64,000 bases of DNA from an uncultured Planctomycetota bacterium (GCA_963823665.1 CAWGMQ010000004.1:2176001-2240000), one strand, 5' to 3'; shown: positions 1-11,075, counted from the stretch's first letter. Notes: generated from the letters alone by a model not told the origin. Translations and numbers: made by a program.

Positions 1-174
1 GGCGGCCGCAGGGCATTGCTGGGACGCTGAAATAGCGTTGCAACGTCCACCAAGCGGCGGGCGGGGCCACTGTGCCATCGCCAGTTAACACATCGCTCGA
101 TGCCCGTCCGTACCGGTTGACAAGCTTTCAGAAGATCAGTCGTCAGTCTTCCAAAAGGTTGGCCGAAGCCGTGT

Positions 175-636
175 TCAAGCCGATGCGCGGCAGCGCCAGC
201 GATCGAACCCGCATTCGATGCGGGCACAATTGACGTCCAAGGCGAGCAGGATCTCGTGCACATCGCCCATCGGTATCTGATGCTTGAGTGCCCACTGAAT
301 GATGTCGAGATTCTCCCGGCCATCCTTCAAGTGATCGATGATCGGGTCGATCAGCGGCGACGACTGGAACGCTGTCCGCAGAATTCCGAAATCTCGATGA
401 TCGAGCTCGATCCAGAAGGTCTTGCCCTGGAGATGCTCCAGCCAGCGATGTCTCAAGAATCCGCGCCAGTGCTCGCCGATCCACATCCGGATGGCTGTCT
501 CACCCAGATCACGTCCTGCCTTCTGGCTTTCAATCCATTTGTACTGCAGGGCTTCTTCTTCGGCGCACTGATGCAGGCTCATACGACGAGCGGAAGAGTG
601 GTCCATGATGGGTATCGTTCTTCGACACTCAGGCAT
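175..636 (-). CDS. Conserved hypothetical protein (planctomycete-type)
   Basis: Protein-like ORF (EEALQYKWIESQKAGRDLGETAIRMW...); GGAGG upstream of ATG at 636; alternative start at 606. Confidence 0.7.
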   Translation of the reverse strand: MPECRRTIPIMDHSSARRMSLHQCAEEEALQYKWIESQKAGRDLGETAIRMWIGEHWRGFLRHRWLEHLQGKTFWIELDHRDFGILRTAFQSSPLIDPIIDHLKDGRENLDIIQWALKHQIPMGDVHEILLALDVNCARIECGFDRWRCRASA

Positions 637-1097
637 CGAGAACCTCCAGGCTGAGCCGCGGAACCACTCCTTCGGGATCTCGCACGGAAAACTCAGTTTC
701 TCGACGAAGACGAGTGCACGAGCCGTCTTCCGAACCGGCACCAAGACGTAGGGGAGAGCCACACCTCGTTGAACCCAAGCAACACGATTAACCGATCAAA
801 AGGGATCATTCCCAAATTATCGGTAGTTGGCCCAGTCTAGCTCACGAACTCCGCTCAGGCAAGAGGGCCATCGCGACACTATGCATCATTGTATGCTCGC
901 ATGGGCTTGACATCCAGGGAGGGTAACTCAAAATGGCAATCGACAAAGACGACCCTGGAAAGATGAAGTCTACAGATTCCGATCGGCGGCGGGTTCTGAA
1001 AACGGCGGCCGTGTTGAGTGGAGCGTCGTTCCGTAACGCGGGCGAGCTTCTGGCCGGTGTAGCCAGGCGGCTTGAGCCGGAGCATGCCAGACGGCGC

Positions 1098-3089
1098 TTA
1101 CTTGGCAGCCCGGCTGAATTCATTTTTGAACCACGCGAGTGATTTACCGAGCATGATCGCAGTGCCAGGCGGGCCGGCGGCCATTTGTCCAGCGGGCATC
1201 TCGGTTACCGCACGCCAGCGCACGCGACCGTCGATGGTCGCACCGATCAGGTGAACGTTGTGGCGAGAGACACGCAAGATTTCACCCTCCGCGTTCGTTG
1301 TGAAAACGCTGTTGGAATCATCAGTGGCTGAGCCTTGTCCATGCATGGCACCCGAGCCGTCGAAGGCAAGCGCCCGGCCGTCAGCCGAGGTAATCACAGC
1401 GAAGCGCCCGAGTCGAAGCAGCGACCAACCTTCCCAGGGGATCTGGCGGTCCCAGACGACTTCGCCGCGTAGGTTGTGCCCGCGCAGCCACTGGGCTCGG
1501 CGCGCCAGGCTGACCCAGGTGACGCCGGGCGGTGACCCCTGTGGTGCCTCGATGAGGAGAGGCGGATCGGTGGGGTCGGCGGTGAAACCGACATGCGATT
1601 CTCCCGCTGGGTCAAAGACCTGAAGCTGGCCACCATTTGTGGAGATTGCAGAGAAGCCCTGAGGGCCGATGGCCAGGTCTTCCACGGGAAAGCGCAGTTC
1701 ATGCTTCCAGATCCAGCGCCCAGCAGTGGAGAGTCTGCTGATGCGGTCGCGTTCTTGAATCAAGGCCAACCCGAAATCGTCGGGCTTGATGGCCAGATGC
1801 GTGAGCTGCACCAAGCTCACGTCAAGACGCGTCATGGAGTTGCGCCTGAGATCGCAGAGCAGGATTTGACGATCTGTCGCGGCGGCGAGCCAACCGGGGG
1901 CAGTGCGAAGGATCCGGCCGACACCTCCGAGATCAGGACCCTGGCCCAGCTTGCTGCCTTTTGTGTCGAAGAGCTGCAGGCGATGTGGACTTGTGAACAA
2001 GGCGATTGCGGGCGGATCTTCAACGACACTGATGACCGCGGTCTCGGACTGCTGCTCGGTCTCAACGACGGGGATCAGCCAGTCCGGGCTGCGCACCGAG
2101 CTGGCTGTACCGCCTGTCACCTGGCCAGAGGCTGCGGCTGGCCGCGGAGTCGCGGCAGGGTGGTCCTGCTTGCCACCGAAGAGGTCCAACCTGAAAATCT
2201 CGCCGGTCGAATAACCATAGATGAGGTATCTGCCAAGCGGATCGACCTCAAGCGCCACGACTGGGCGCGGCAGGCTGGTCCGCCAGCGTACATTTCCGGC
2301 CGAGTTGATCACCGCGAGGTCGTTTTCCAAAGTTGCGGTCGCGATTGTCCGGCCGGGGAAATCTGGCACAGCGTGCGCTACGGTGCCGCCCAGGTGATAC
2401 GAACCTTCGTTGCGCCCCCTCAGGTCGAATCGCTGGATTCCCAGCGTGTAGCAGCTCGCCAGGATCATGCCGCCGTCGCCGTCGACGGACAGCCGGCCGA
2501 CGTTCGAGAGCAGCCGGTCCTGCCAGATGATCTCGATATCGAGCCGCCCCTGTGTGCGGCCTTGCTCGATCGCGATACCCACAATCGTGCCAAAAGCGGC
2601 GGCGCCAACAGCCATTGGTCGACCGGGAACAAAGCAGAGATGTGACAGCGAATGCATCGTCTCGAGATTTCCCGCCGCACGGCCATAGCGGTTGAAGAAA
2701 TGAAAAGTCGTCTGCCGAGTCCCCACGCCGACGTATCGGCCATGCGGGTCGATCGTCACGAATGTCGCGTCGGCTGGGGCTGCTCGCTCCTGCTCGACCT
2801 CGAAATCAGCATTCAACAGAAGCAGGCCGGAATCCTCCGGCTCGACGAGCAGAGCAATCAGACTGCCGTCATCGCTGATCGCGGCCGAGTTGATGCGATT
2901 GGGCACGCGAGAAAATGAGAGCGACTCGCCCTGAGTGTTCAGGAGATAAAGTTGGTTCCCTTCATCCCAGGCGAGGATCGTTCCCGCCTCACGAGCGAAC
3001 GAAAGCCCCTTCAGCGGGGAGTCAGTCACCACCGTCCAGGACGTGTAGGGTTCCAACCGAGTCGACGCCCGGCCGGTCATCTCGGTCAT
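1098..3089 (-). CDS. WD40/PQQ-like beta-propeller repeat protein (two propeller halves)
   Basis: 663-aa ORF with repeated blade motifs (AISDDGSLIA, IDPHGRYVGVG, VDPLGRYLIYG, GNVRWR, GEVVW) and a low-complexity linker. Confidence 0.75.
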   Translation of the reverse strand: MTEMTGRASTRLEPYTSWTVVTDSPLKGLSFAREAGTILAWDEGNQLYLLNTQGESLSFSRVPNRINSAAISDDGSLIALLVEPEDSGLLLLNADFEVEQERAAPADATFVTIDPHGRYVGVGTRQTTFHFFNRYGRAAGNLETMHSLSHLCFVPGRPMAVGAAAFGTIVGIAIEQGRTQGRLDIEIIWQDRLLSNVGRLSVDGDGGMILASCYTLGIQRFDLRGRNEGSYHLGGTVAHAVPDFPGRTIATATLENDLAVINSAGNVRWRTSLPRPVVALEVDPLGRYLIYGYSTGEIFRLDLFGGKQDHPAATPRPAAASGQVTGGTASSVRSPDWLIPVVETEQQSETAVISVVEDPPAIALFTSPHRLQLFDTKGSKLGQGPDLGGVGRILRTAPGWLAAATDRQILLCDLRRNSMTRLDVSLVQLTHLAIKPDDFGLALIQERDRISRLSTAGRWIWKHELRFPVEDLAIGPQGFSAISTNGGQLQVFDPAGESHVGFTADPTDPPLLIEAPQGSPPGVTWVSLARRAQWLRGHNLRGEVVWDRQIPWEGWSLLRLGRFAVITSADGRALAFDGSGAMHGQGSATDDSNSVFTTNAEGEILRVSRHNVHLIGATIDGRVRWRAVTEMPAGQMAAGPPGTAIMLGKSLAWFKNEFSRAAK

Positions 3090-3161
3090 CGGTCGCTCCC
3101 GGCAGCTAAGTTCAACTCAGCCCATCCCGCTCGGAAGTTATTCGGGCGAGGTACGCGGGCG

Positions 3162-3398
3162 TTATGTCTTCTCGCCGGCTCGCGGGTGGGGCGACTTGAC
3201 TTCGAGATCGGTGACGGTGATCAGATCGACGATGTCCATCGTGTCATCGGGTTGGTGTACTGTGATGGACTGCCCACCGGCTGTCGCCGAAATGACCTCA
3301 GGATGCTGCACGGGAACCTGCCGACCGTCGGCAAGATGAATCACGAAGGGGCGGAACGGCTGTGCAGCACAAAGGTTACGCAGTTCTGCAATCGTCAT
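3162..3398 (-). CDS. Small conserved hypothetical protein
   Basis: 78 aa; 'AQPFRPFVIHLADGRQVPVQHPE' pattern typical of a small planctomycete family; GGAG upstream. Confidence 0.7.
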   Translation of the reverse strand: MTIAELRNLCAAQPFRPFVIHLADGRQVPVQHPEVISATAGGQSITVHQPDDTMDIVDLITVTDLEVKSPHPRAGEKT

Positions 3399-3487
3399 CG
3401 AATATCAGCTCCGGAGAGGACCAGCGACCTGCCGCTCCTCGTCCATCTGATCCTACCATGCAGGAGGCTGCCGGTTCTACCTCTGGA

Positions 3488-5176
3488 TCACTGCGCGCGG
3501 GCAGCGCGTTCTTTGGCTGTCCGGATGGCGGTGGCGAGAACGATGTCTCGCTCGGGGTCGCCGAACTGGAAATCCTCGCGAATTGCGGAAGCCGGCCCCG
3601 TAGGCTTGGCGGCAGAGCGAAGCGTGACAGGAATGTCGGGTTGGACACCTTGCTCACTATAGGGGCGATTGCGGGGCGAATAGAACTTGGCGGTCGTCAG
3701 TTTGAGGCCGGCTGGAGCTGAGCGGAGTGAGAAAATGCTCTGGACGGAGCCCTTGCCATACGTGCGCGCGCCTAGGATGGTTGCGCGGTTGTGATCCTGA
3801 AGTGCGCCGGCCAGAATCTCGCTTGCGCTTGCGCTATCGCGGTCAACCAGGACGTACATGGGGATCCGCCACCTGGCGAGCCCGCGGGTTGCAAGTGATT
3901 GTGTCTGCCCCTGGGCCCGCCCGCGCGTCGATACAACCAGACCCTGGTCGATAAACCGCTCGGCGATCTCGACGGCCACGTTGAGCAGTCCTCCAGGGTT
4001 ACCGCGCAGATCGAGGACTAACACCTTCATACCCTGGCCGGCGAGGGTGTTCAGGGCCCGATCGATCTCTTCAGCAGACGACTTCTGAAAACCCGTGAGC
4101 TGGAGATAGCCGATTCCATCCGACGGGTTGACGAGTTTTACACTCGTGACACTTTCAACGTCGACATGGCGACGAACGAGCTGGTGGCTTCGGGTTGAGC
4201 CGTCGATGCGTTGCAACGTGATCCCAACGGCGGTTCCTTCCGTGCCTTGAAGCCGATTGGCTGCTTCATCGAGGCTCAAGCCCTTGATCGGGCGGCCGTC
4301 GATTGCGACGATTAGCTCACCGGCCTTGATGCCGGCGTCCCACGCCGGTCCGCTGCGAATGACGCCAACCAGGCGCAAGCCCTCCTTGTCGATCTTGAGC
4401 TCGACTCCGAGGCCTACGAAATTGCCGTCAATCATCGCATAGAGGTCTTCGAGCTTGTCAGGCGTCAAATAGCTTGTGAAATCATCGAGCGCATCACATG
4501 CACCGCAGGTGAATTCCATCAAAACCGGCGTCGATGCCAATCCAATCGCCTGCTTTGCGGCTTCGCAGCTTGAATTCGCCATGCGGATCGCAGCCGAGCG
4601 GTCCGGGATCGAGAGCGAAGCACGATAACGCTTGAGTACCTCGCGAAGCTCTGCCACTCGCTCGGGGGACGCCTGCGGTGCGTTCGTCTTGACGAAGATC
4701 GGATCACGCAGGGCCACCTCGAGATTATCGAGGCCATGACGAATCAATGGCTCAAGTGGCACGGGATCGACGTAGCTTGTCTGAATACGCTCGATAACTT
4801 CGTCGTAAAGATCAACGGCCTGCTCGTGGGGCAACCGCAACAGGATGTTGCGGAAACTGCTATCGGAATAGCGGCGGTTGAGCTTGAAATGGATCTCGCA
4901 CAGGCGGAGCCGGCGACTGAAGTCAGTGCGGCTTGGCCAGCGCTCCAAGGCGTCGTGATAAGTCTCGATCGCTGCGGTCCAGTCACGCGACCGCTCCTGC
5001 CCCAAGCCTCGTTCCATCACGCCGTCCGGGTCATCAGGCGGCTTCGACTCGGTGGTCGCACGAGGCGGCTCTCCATCCGAGGCTGGAGGTGTATCAGCCC
5101 GTGTGACCGACCAGGTCGTTCCGGCCAGAATGACCAGGAACCACCAACCCATTAAAGACGAGATTGGCCGGCGCAT
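3488..5176 (-). CDS. S41 family carboxyl-terminal protease (PDZ + peptidase)
   Basis: Signal peptide; GLGVEL PDZ loop, LVLDLRGNPGGLL, SASASEILAGALQD, TYGKGSVQ, TTAKFYSP motifs. Confidence 0.93.
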   Translation of the reverse strand: MRRPISSLMGWWFLVILAGTTWSVTRADTPPASDGEPPRATTESKPPDDPDGVMERGLGQERSRDWTAAIETYHDALERWPSRTDFSRRLRLCEIHFKLNRRYSDSSFRNILLRLPHEQAVDLYDEVIERIQTSYVDPVPLEPLIRHGLDNLEVALRDPIFVKTNAPQASPERVAELREVLKRYRASLSIPDRSAAIRMANSSCEAAKQAIGLASTPVLMEFTCGACDALDDFTSYLTPDKLEDLYAMIDGNFVGLGVELKIDKEGLRLVGVIRSGPAWDAGIKAGELIVAIDGRPIKGLSLDEAANRLQGTEGTAVGITLQRIDGSTRSHQLVRRHVDVESVTSVKLVNPSDGIGYLQLTGFQKSSAEEIDRALNTLAGQGMKVLVLDLRGNPGGLLNVAVEIAERFIDQGLVVSTRGRAQGQTQSLATRGLARWRIPMYVLVDRDSASASEILAGALQDHNRATILGARTYGKGSVQSIFSLRSAPAGLKLTTAKFYSPRNRPYSEQGVQPDIPVTLRSAAKPTGPASAIREDFQFGDPERDIVLATAIRTAKERAARAQ

Positions 5177-5658
5177 TGGAGGCGCTTCTCCCGCTTGGGA
5201 GCGCCGCGCGTCGGAAAGGTGGTCGCGTGTGATGCCTGAATGCGGACGTTCAGCGGAGCATGCCGGAGTGATCCCCTTGATCTGGCGGAAACCCGGCCTC
5301 TGTCATGAATCCGGAGAACCTTGCACCGTGCTGCGACTACAGATTCCGTGCGCACCGCTCCGTCGTTGCCGTTCGATGGAGTCATTCCGTGTCAAAGCGG
5401 CGCGACAATCAACGGTCCCGTTCTTGGAGATTCGGGTCCGCGCTCGCCGGTCCGAAACGAGGCCGTTCGTTTGCCAGCCTCGTTCAAAACGAATTATAAC
5501 ACACTCACGAGAATGAGCCCGTCCTTCGGGGCGCTGAAAATCTCCAAGAACCCAGGGGCAAGCTCGAATCGCGCGTTTGCCGCAGCCACCAAGGCTCCCG
5601 ACGAACGCACGCTACCACACAGCAATCGGCGTGCCTTGCGCTTTGAATTGGAGTCGGC

Positions 5659-5870
5659 TTGTCACAAATCGTTGGTGGAAGAGCGGCGACTCAGGTTCGC
5701 CAGGGAATTTATTTCAATCTCGGGCCCCACGCTTTGTATTTTTGGGGTCATGCTTTCAACTTGCTGCGAGCGCTCGGCATACCCTTTACAGGACGGCTTC
5801 CCAGCCCGGGTCAAAGCCGCCTGGTGACAACGGACGGGCATACCCCCCTTGCCCGGCAGCCTGCCGACTT
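5659..5870 (+). pseudogene. Internal fragment of an FAD-dependent oxidoreductase (phytoene dehydrogenase-like)
   Basis: GGRAATQVRQGIYFNLGPHALY motif without the N-terminal GxGxxG or the C-terminal part; frame breaks near 5850. Confidence 0.55.
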
Positions 5871-5963
5871 GTCCAGCAGATCGCTCGGAAAGGAGAATAG
5901 TCCATCAATCCCTGAGCCTACGCGATGGCCGTGACGCTAAATCCCGACCTGGACGAGTGATTC

Positions 5964-7253
5964 ATGACAGATTCAAGCAACGAAGCGACCGCCGAGCCGG
6001 AAACACCGATGCGCCAGGCCGTATTGGTGCTAGTGATCCTGGCGCTCGTTCAGTTCACGAGCATTGTCGACTTCATGGTGGTGATGCCGCTCGGACCACA
6101 GATCATGCGAGTGCTGGGGCTGAATACGAACCAGTTCAGCTTGATCGTTGCCTCGTACTCAATCACCGCGGGATTGGCGGGCCTGCTCGCGTCAACGATC
6201 ATGGACCGGTTTGGGCGAAAGACCGCTTACATGAGTCTCTTCGCCGGGTTTCTACTCGGTACGCTCGCATGCGGCCTCACCAAGCAGTACGCCACATTGC
6301 TGGCCGCGAGGGCGTTCACCGGTGCTTTCGGTGGGATTCTAGGCGGGCTGGGCCTGACGATCATCGCTGATGTTTTTCCGGAGCGACAACGTGGCCGGGC
6401 AACCGGTGTTTTGATGTCAGCATTCGCACTGGGACCTGCCCTCGGGGTTCCGATCGGGTTGAAACTGGGGGAGTCTTATGGTTGGTATACCCCGTTCCGG
6501 GTCCTGGCGGCGCTCGGATTGATCGTATTTGTGATTGGTCTGCTCGTCATGCCTCCGCTGCGTGGACACCTTCATCGGACCGTGCACGCGCACCCTCTGG
6601 TCCAGATTCTCGAGACATTTCGCAAGCGCGGTAACCTCATTGCCTTCGCGCTGACGGCGATCGTGATGTTCGGCGCATTTTCGGTCATTCCCTACATCAG
6701 CCTTTCGCTTGTGGCGAACGTGGGAGTGCCGGAAAAGAGGTTACTGGTCGTTTTTCTGGCGGGCGGAGTGATGACATTCTTCGGGGCGCCGGCGGTCGGG
6801 GCACTTGCCGACCGGTTCGGCAAGCTTCGTATATTTCGGATGTTCGCTGTGATCTCAGCATGTCTCATCCTGGTGATCACTAATCTGCCAGTGGTGCCCC
6901 TTGCCGCCGCTGCCGCCGTGGTTGGACTGTTGATGGTAAGCAACACCGGTCGAATGGCAGCTTCCATGTCGATGATCACGGCAAGCGTCCCAAGTCGATT
7001 TCGCGGTGGGCTGATGAGCGCCAACTCCGCTGTTCAGCATGTGTCAGCCGGCTTGGGCGCTTACGCAGGAGGGCTGATTCTTCACCAAGATAAGAACGGA
7101 CCACTGCACAACTTCGGCATCGTGGGGCTCATGTCCCTCGCGTCGGCACTCATCAGCCTCTGGATTGCCGGGCACGTGAAGCGGGCCGGGGAAACGGGAT
7201 CAAACGCGGTCGAGAAGACACCCACGAGCGTAACTGCCGATCTGCTGGAATGA
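5964..7253 (+). CDS. MFS transporter (DHA1-like)
   Basis: 429 aa, about 12 hydrophobic segments, MFS motif A (MDRFGRK; ADRFGK). Confidence 0.92.
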   Translation: MTDSSNEATAEPETPMRQAVLVLVILALVQFTSIVDFMVVMPLGPQIMRVLGLNTNQFSLIVASYSITAGLAGLLASTIMDRFGRKTAYMSLFAGFLLGTLACGLTKQYATLLAARAFTGAFGGILGGLGLTIIADVFPERQRGRATGVLMSAFALGPALGVPIGLKLGESYGWYTPFRVLAALGLIVFVIGLLVMPPLRGHLHRTVHAHPLVQILETFRKRGNLIAFALTAIVMFGAFSVIPYISLSLVANVGVPEKRLLVVFLAGGVMTFFGAPAVGALADRFGKLRIFRMFAVISACLILVITNLPVVPLAAAAAVVGLLMVSNTGRMAASMSMITASVPSRFRGGLMSANSAVQHVSAGLGAYAGGLILHQDKNGPLHNFGIVGLMSLASALISLWIAGHVKRAGETGSNAVEKTPTSVTADLLE

Positions 7254-7267
7254 GCAGTCGGTAATGC

Positions 7268-8770
7268 TCACGCCAGTTCGTGGTCGATTTCGGGCTTGCT
7301 CTCCGGTCGTGCTTTGCCGCCAATGCCAAGCGCCGCGATGATGAGAGCCGAAAGAATGACGGAAGCGCTGAGAAACCAGAGTCCGTAGCGGTAGTTACCG
7401 GTGACCTGCTTGACAACCCCGAGCACGGTCGGGCCCATCCATCCGCCCAGATTACCGCACGAATTGATCAGCCCGATCGAGGCCGCGGCGGCTGATTCCG
7501 TGAGAAAGAGACTGGGCAACGCCCAAAACGCCGGCAGATAGGCCTTCACGCCGATCATGGCCAGGGTGAAGATTATCATCGTCAGCCAGATGAATCCCCT
7601 CGTGTCGGGAGCCAGGACCAAGGCGGCCGAACCCATGATTATGGGCAGCGAGGCATGCCAGCGGCGCTCGTGAGTGCGGTCCGAATTCCATCCCACCAGG
7701 CGCTGGCCGAAGAGCGCCCCGATCGCCGGGATGATCATCAGGTAGGCGATCCTTTGCTTGTCCATCTTGTACCAGTCTTCAAGGATGGACGCCATGTAGA
7801 ATTCGACACCGTAGCTTCCGGTAACCACGAAAAAATAGGCTGCCGACAGAGCGAGCACCTTCCTGTTAGCCAGCGCCTGACGAATGGTCATGTGCCCCAC
7901 GAGCTGTTTCTGGGCAAGTTTCTCGCGGGCCAGGGTTTCCTCGAGCGCGGTTCGTTCTTCGTCTGTCAGCCATCGCGCTTGCGAGGGCCGGTCCGTCAAG
8001 AAGACAAGCACCAGGATGCCGAGAATGACCGCCGGAATCCCCCAGAAGATGAAGACCCACTGCCAGCCGACCATGCCCAGGAGTGGCGGGTTTCCCTTCA
8101 TCCCGATCGTCATGATCCGTTCTGAGATCGGCGGGCCGATGATCGCCGCCAGCGGCGTGCCAATGAAGAACCAGGCGAGGGTCTTGGTCCGATCCCGGCT
8201 CGGAAACCAATGGGTCAAATACACGATCACACCCGGGTAAAATCCAGCTTCGGCGAGTCCAAGCAAGAATCGCACCGAGAAGAATTGCAAGACAAACGGG
8301 CTGCCCGGAGCACGAAGAGCATCAGCGATTTCGTGTGATTTCTTGGTCAGCCAGCCCAGATCCGAATCCGCCAGCGGATTGAAGAGATTGGCCAGCCCGC
8401 GAACGACCAGCTCCGCCAACCAGGTTACTCCCGGCACGCGGTAATGGACAAACGCCGTGAGCGCAGCGACAACTCCCCACGAAATCATGATCCGGCTGAT
8501 CCATTTCCTGGCACTCCAGCGCTCGACCAGAAGCGTGCCCGGGATCTCCAGGACCAGGTAGCCGACAAAGAATATTCCCATTCCGAAGCCGAATGCCCCT
8601 TCGGAGAATCCCAGAGGAGCAAGGTCGGGCTGCATCGTGAGCTTGGCAAAGCCAATGTTGATGCGATCAACATAGGCAATCACGTAGCTCGCCAGCAGGA
8701 TCGGCAGAAGCCGCACGTATGCTTTGGCTCGGGCGCGGTCAAGCGCTCCAGTCCCGGGAGAGGACGCCAT
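7268..8770 (-). CDS. MFS transporter, anion:cation symporter family (organic acid/tartrate-like)
   Basis: YVDRINIGFAKL, FFVGYLVLEIPG, RFLLGLAEAGFYPG, GLINSCGNLGG motifs; start placed at MASSPG. Confidence 0.9.
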   Translation of the reverse strand: MASSPGTGALDRARAKAYVRLLPILLASYVIAYVDRINIGFAKLTMQPDLAPLGFSEGAFGFGMGIFFVGYLVLEIPGTLLVERWSARKWISRIMISWGVVAALTAFVHYRVPGVTWLAELVVRGLANLFNPLADSDLGWLTKKSHEIADALRAPGSPFVLQFFSVRFLLGLAEAGFYPGVIVYLTHWFPSRDRTKTLAWFFIGTPLAAIIGPPISERIMTIGMKGNPPLLGMVGWQWVFIFWGIPAVILGILVLVFLTDRPSQARWLTDEERTALEETLAREKLAQKQLVGHMTIRQALANRKVLALSAAYFFVVTGSYGVEFYMASILEDWYKMDKQRIAYLMIIPAIGALFGQRLVGWNSDRTHERRWHASLPIIMGSAALVLAPDTRGFIWLTMIIFTLAMIGVKAYLPAFWALPSLFLTESAAAASIGLINSCGNLGGWMGPTVLGVVKQVTGNYRYGLWFLSASVILSALIIAALGIGGKARPESKPEIDHELA

Positions 8771-9005
8771 GAGGCAAGCTCGCGGTAGGTTGACAAAAGA
8801 GGCCAGTTCGCGTCGAGATCGAAGGTGGGTGACGAGCGGGCGGCCGGAGCCTGGGATGGCAATCGCTTCCGAACTCGACAACCAGCGCACTGGCCATCGA
8901 AGGTACCACGCTCTGGGCAGCGCCGCAAACGGTTGCCATAGTACATGAGGAAAGGTCGCGACGAACGAGCGTCAATTCGATCACCGGCAGGAGCGCGGTA
9001 GCGCG

Positions 9006-9695
9006 ATGAAGATTCCAGTCTCCTGCCCAGGATGTCATCGTCGCTATGAGGTCGACGACCGGTTTGCCGGGAAAACGCTCAAATGCGCCCACTGCGAAAA
9101 ATCCATGCTGGTTCCGCCAGCACTCTCGCCCGCCCAGCTCGTCTCGCCAACCTCGAGCGAATACGAGCTCGGCGATGCTCACCAGACAGCACCATCAACT
9201 TTTCGCAGCGCACCGGCTCAAAGCGAATACGGCGAAACCCAGACCCGAAACCGCGCTCGCCCCAGAACCCAAACCGGTAAAACTGCGAAGCGAAAGAAAC
9301 GCGGTCGCGAGCCCGTCATAACCACCGAAACTCTCTCCAAGATCCTGATCGGTCTGGCTGCAATCGCCGTCGTCATTGCCCTGCTCGGCTATTTCGTGCC
9401 CGGCGCCAGGAAGTGGGCCGGAGTCTCCCTGGCGCTCCCCGGTCTGCTGCTGTGCATCTACGGCTACGCCACGGCTGTCTACATCGCCTTCACCGAAGAT
9501 GACTTTTATGGATGGCTGTTCCTGCTATTCCCGTTCTATGCCGCCTATTACGTCGTAAGCCGCTGGGACGAAATGCGCAGCCGGCTGATCATGGTGGGCA
9601 TCGGCTTGGCGTTGCTGACGGTCGGTGGGAAGTTCCTCGAGGCAGACCGCGCAAGTGAACAGACGGCGATGCCCGAAGCCGCGGCGAAAGCCTGA
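9006..9695 (+). CDS. Membrane protein with N-terminal zinc-ribbon
   Basis: CPGC...CAHC ribbon, Pro/basic linker, about 4 C-terminal TM helices; GGAG RBS. Confidence 0.8.
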   Translation: MKIPVSCPGCHRRYEVDDRFAGKTLKCAHCEKSMLVPPALSPAQLVSPTSSEYELGDAHQTAPSTFRSAPAQSEYGETQTRNRARPRTQTGKTAKRKKRGREPVITTETLSKILIGLAAIAVVIALLGYFVPGARKWAGVSLALPGLLLCIYGYATAVYIAFTEDDFYGWLFLLFPFYAAYYVVSRWDEMRSRLIMVGIGLALLTVGGKFLEADRASEQTAMPEAAAKA

Positions 9696-11075
9696 TCAGA
9701 CCAGCTCTCGAATGGGCTGCTGCTCCTCGAGTAAGTACATCGGCCGCCCGCTCCGGTCGGGTACCGACGCTCCCGGGTTAATTCCCAGGTTGTGATAGAG
9801 CGTCGCAAAGATATTCTGGAAGGAAATGGGGCGATCCTTGGGGTAACCGGCCGTCTTGTCGGTTGAGCCGATCACCTGGCCAGTGCGCATGCCTCCACCG
9901 GCCAGGAGGGCGAAGTTCACCGGGGGCCAATGGTCGCGGCCAGCATCTTTGTTGATCTTCGGCGTGCGGCCGAATTCACCCCATACAACCACCGACACGT
10001 CTTTGTCGAGACCACGGAAATGCAGGTCTTCAACGAGGGTCGAAAGGGCGACGTCAAGCTTGGGAATCCGCGTGCGGCACGACTGGAAGTTCTGGCCATG
10101 TGTGTCCCAGCGCCCGAACGAAATCGTGACCACCCTCACTCCCGCCTCGACCAGGCGGCGGGCCATCAGAAAATGATCCATACAGCAAGGGGGACCGTCG
10201 GCTTCATTTCGCATATCCCCGACTCCATACCGCTCGCGAAGCCGAGGGTCTTCCTTGGTCAAGTCGAGCGCGTCAAAGACTCGCCGCGAAGCGAGCACCT
10301 CGAAGGCACGCTCCGTGAAGCTGTCCATGCCCAGCATGGCCTCATTCTGGTCGAGTGAACGGCGAAAGGCATCGAGCTCGCCCAGGAGCGCACGCCGCCC
10401 CATCAAACGCTCCGGCACGATCACCTTTTCGTCCAGGCTGAAGCCACCCGAGTCATCGCGCAGTCGGTTCCTCCGTCCTGATTTCCCTTCGGTCCGAAAC
10501 GGCGTGAACGGAGCATGAGAAAGACCAAGGTATCCAGGATCGCCCGGGTTGCCCCACCGCGGCTCCCCGGTTTTCGGTGAAAGTCCCACAAAGGGCGGAA
10601 TGTCGGGATGCACCGTGCCCTGAAGATACGACACGACTGCGCCCATGCTGGGACGGCCCCCTTGCACCTTGCTTATTCGATCTCGGTAGCCGGTCAGGCA
10701 CTGGCCGGCTGAGTGGTCGTCGGCTGCTCCGACCAGCGAGCGAATCACGGCGAAGCGGTCCATCATTCGCGAAAGACGCGGCATGTGCTCGCAAATGTCG
10801 AGGCCCGGCACGTTGCTCGCAATTGGTTTGTATTCGCCCCTGATGCCCGACGGAGCATCGGGCTTCATGTCGAACATGTCAAGATGAGGCGGCCCGCCGG
10901 CCAGAAACACCATGATCACAGCCTTATGTGACCGGGTGGTCCCTGCCTGCGCTTCAAGCCGAAGCAATTGCGGTAGCGACAGCCCGCCCAGGGCCAGACT
11001 ACCGATTTTGAGAAAGTCGCGCCGGGTCACTCCATCGCAATACCCTCTTCGAGCGCGACCCGCAATCGTCAGCAT
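9696..11075 (-). CDS. DUF1501 domain protein
   Basis: TRRDFLKIG twin-arginine-like N-terminus, FLAGGPPHLDMFDMKP, WDTH, WGEFGRTPKIN, GRDHWP motifs. Confidence 0.93.
   Translation of the reverse strand: MLTIAGRARRGYCDGVTRRDFLKIGSLALGGLSLPQLLRLEAQAGTTRSHKAVIMVFLAGGPPHLDMFDMKPDAPSGIRGEYKPIASNVPGLDICEHMPRLSRMMDRFAVIRSLVGAADDHSAGQCLTGYRDRISKVQGGRPSMGAVVSYLQGTVHPDIPPFVGLSPKTGEPRWGNPGDPGYLGLSHAPFTPFRTEGKSGRRNRLRDDSGGFSLDEKVIVPERLMGRRALLGELDAFRRSLDQNEAMLGMDSFTERAFEVLASRRVFDALDLTKEDPRLRERYGVGDMRNEADGPPCCMDHFLMARRLVEAGVRVVTISFGRWDTHGQNFQSCRTRIPKLDVALSTLVEDLHFRGLDKDVSVVVWGEFGRTPKINKDAGRDHWPPVNFALLAGGGMRTGQVIGSTDKTAGYPKDRPISFQNIFATLYHNLGINPGASVPDRSGRPMYLLEEQQPIRELV

Noticed and set aside
1593..2645. Long antisense ORFs (also 38885-39733, 43456-44445, 58935-60017 and others)
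   Set aside because: Shadows of real genes on the opposite strand, as expected in high-GC DNA
5466..5493. TTCGTTT...AAACGAA dyad resembling the 54-bp element
   Set aside because: Only 28 bp long and lacks the conserved interior; may be chance or an unrelated operator
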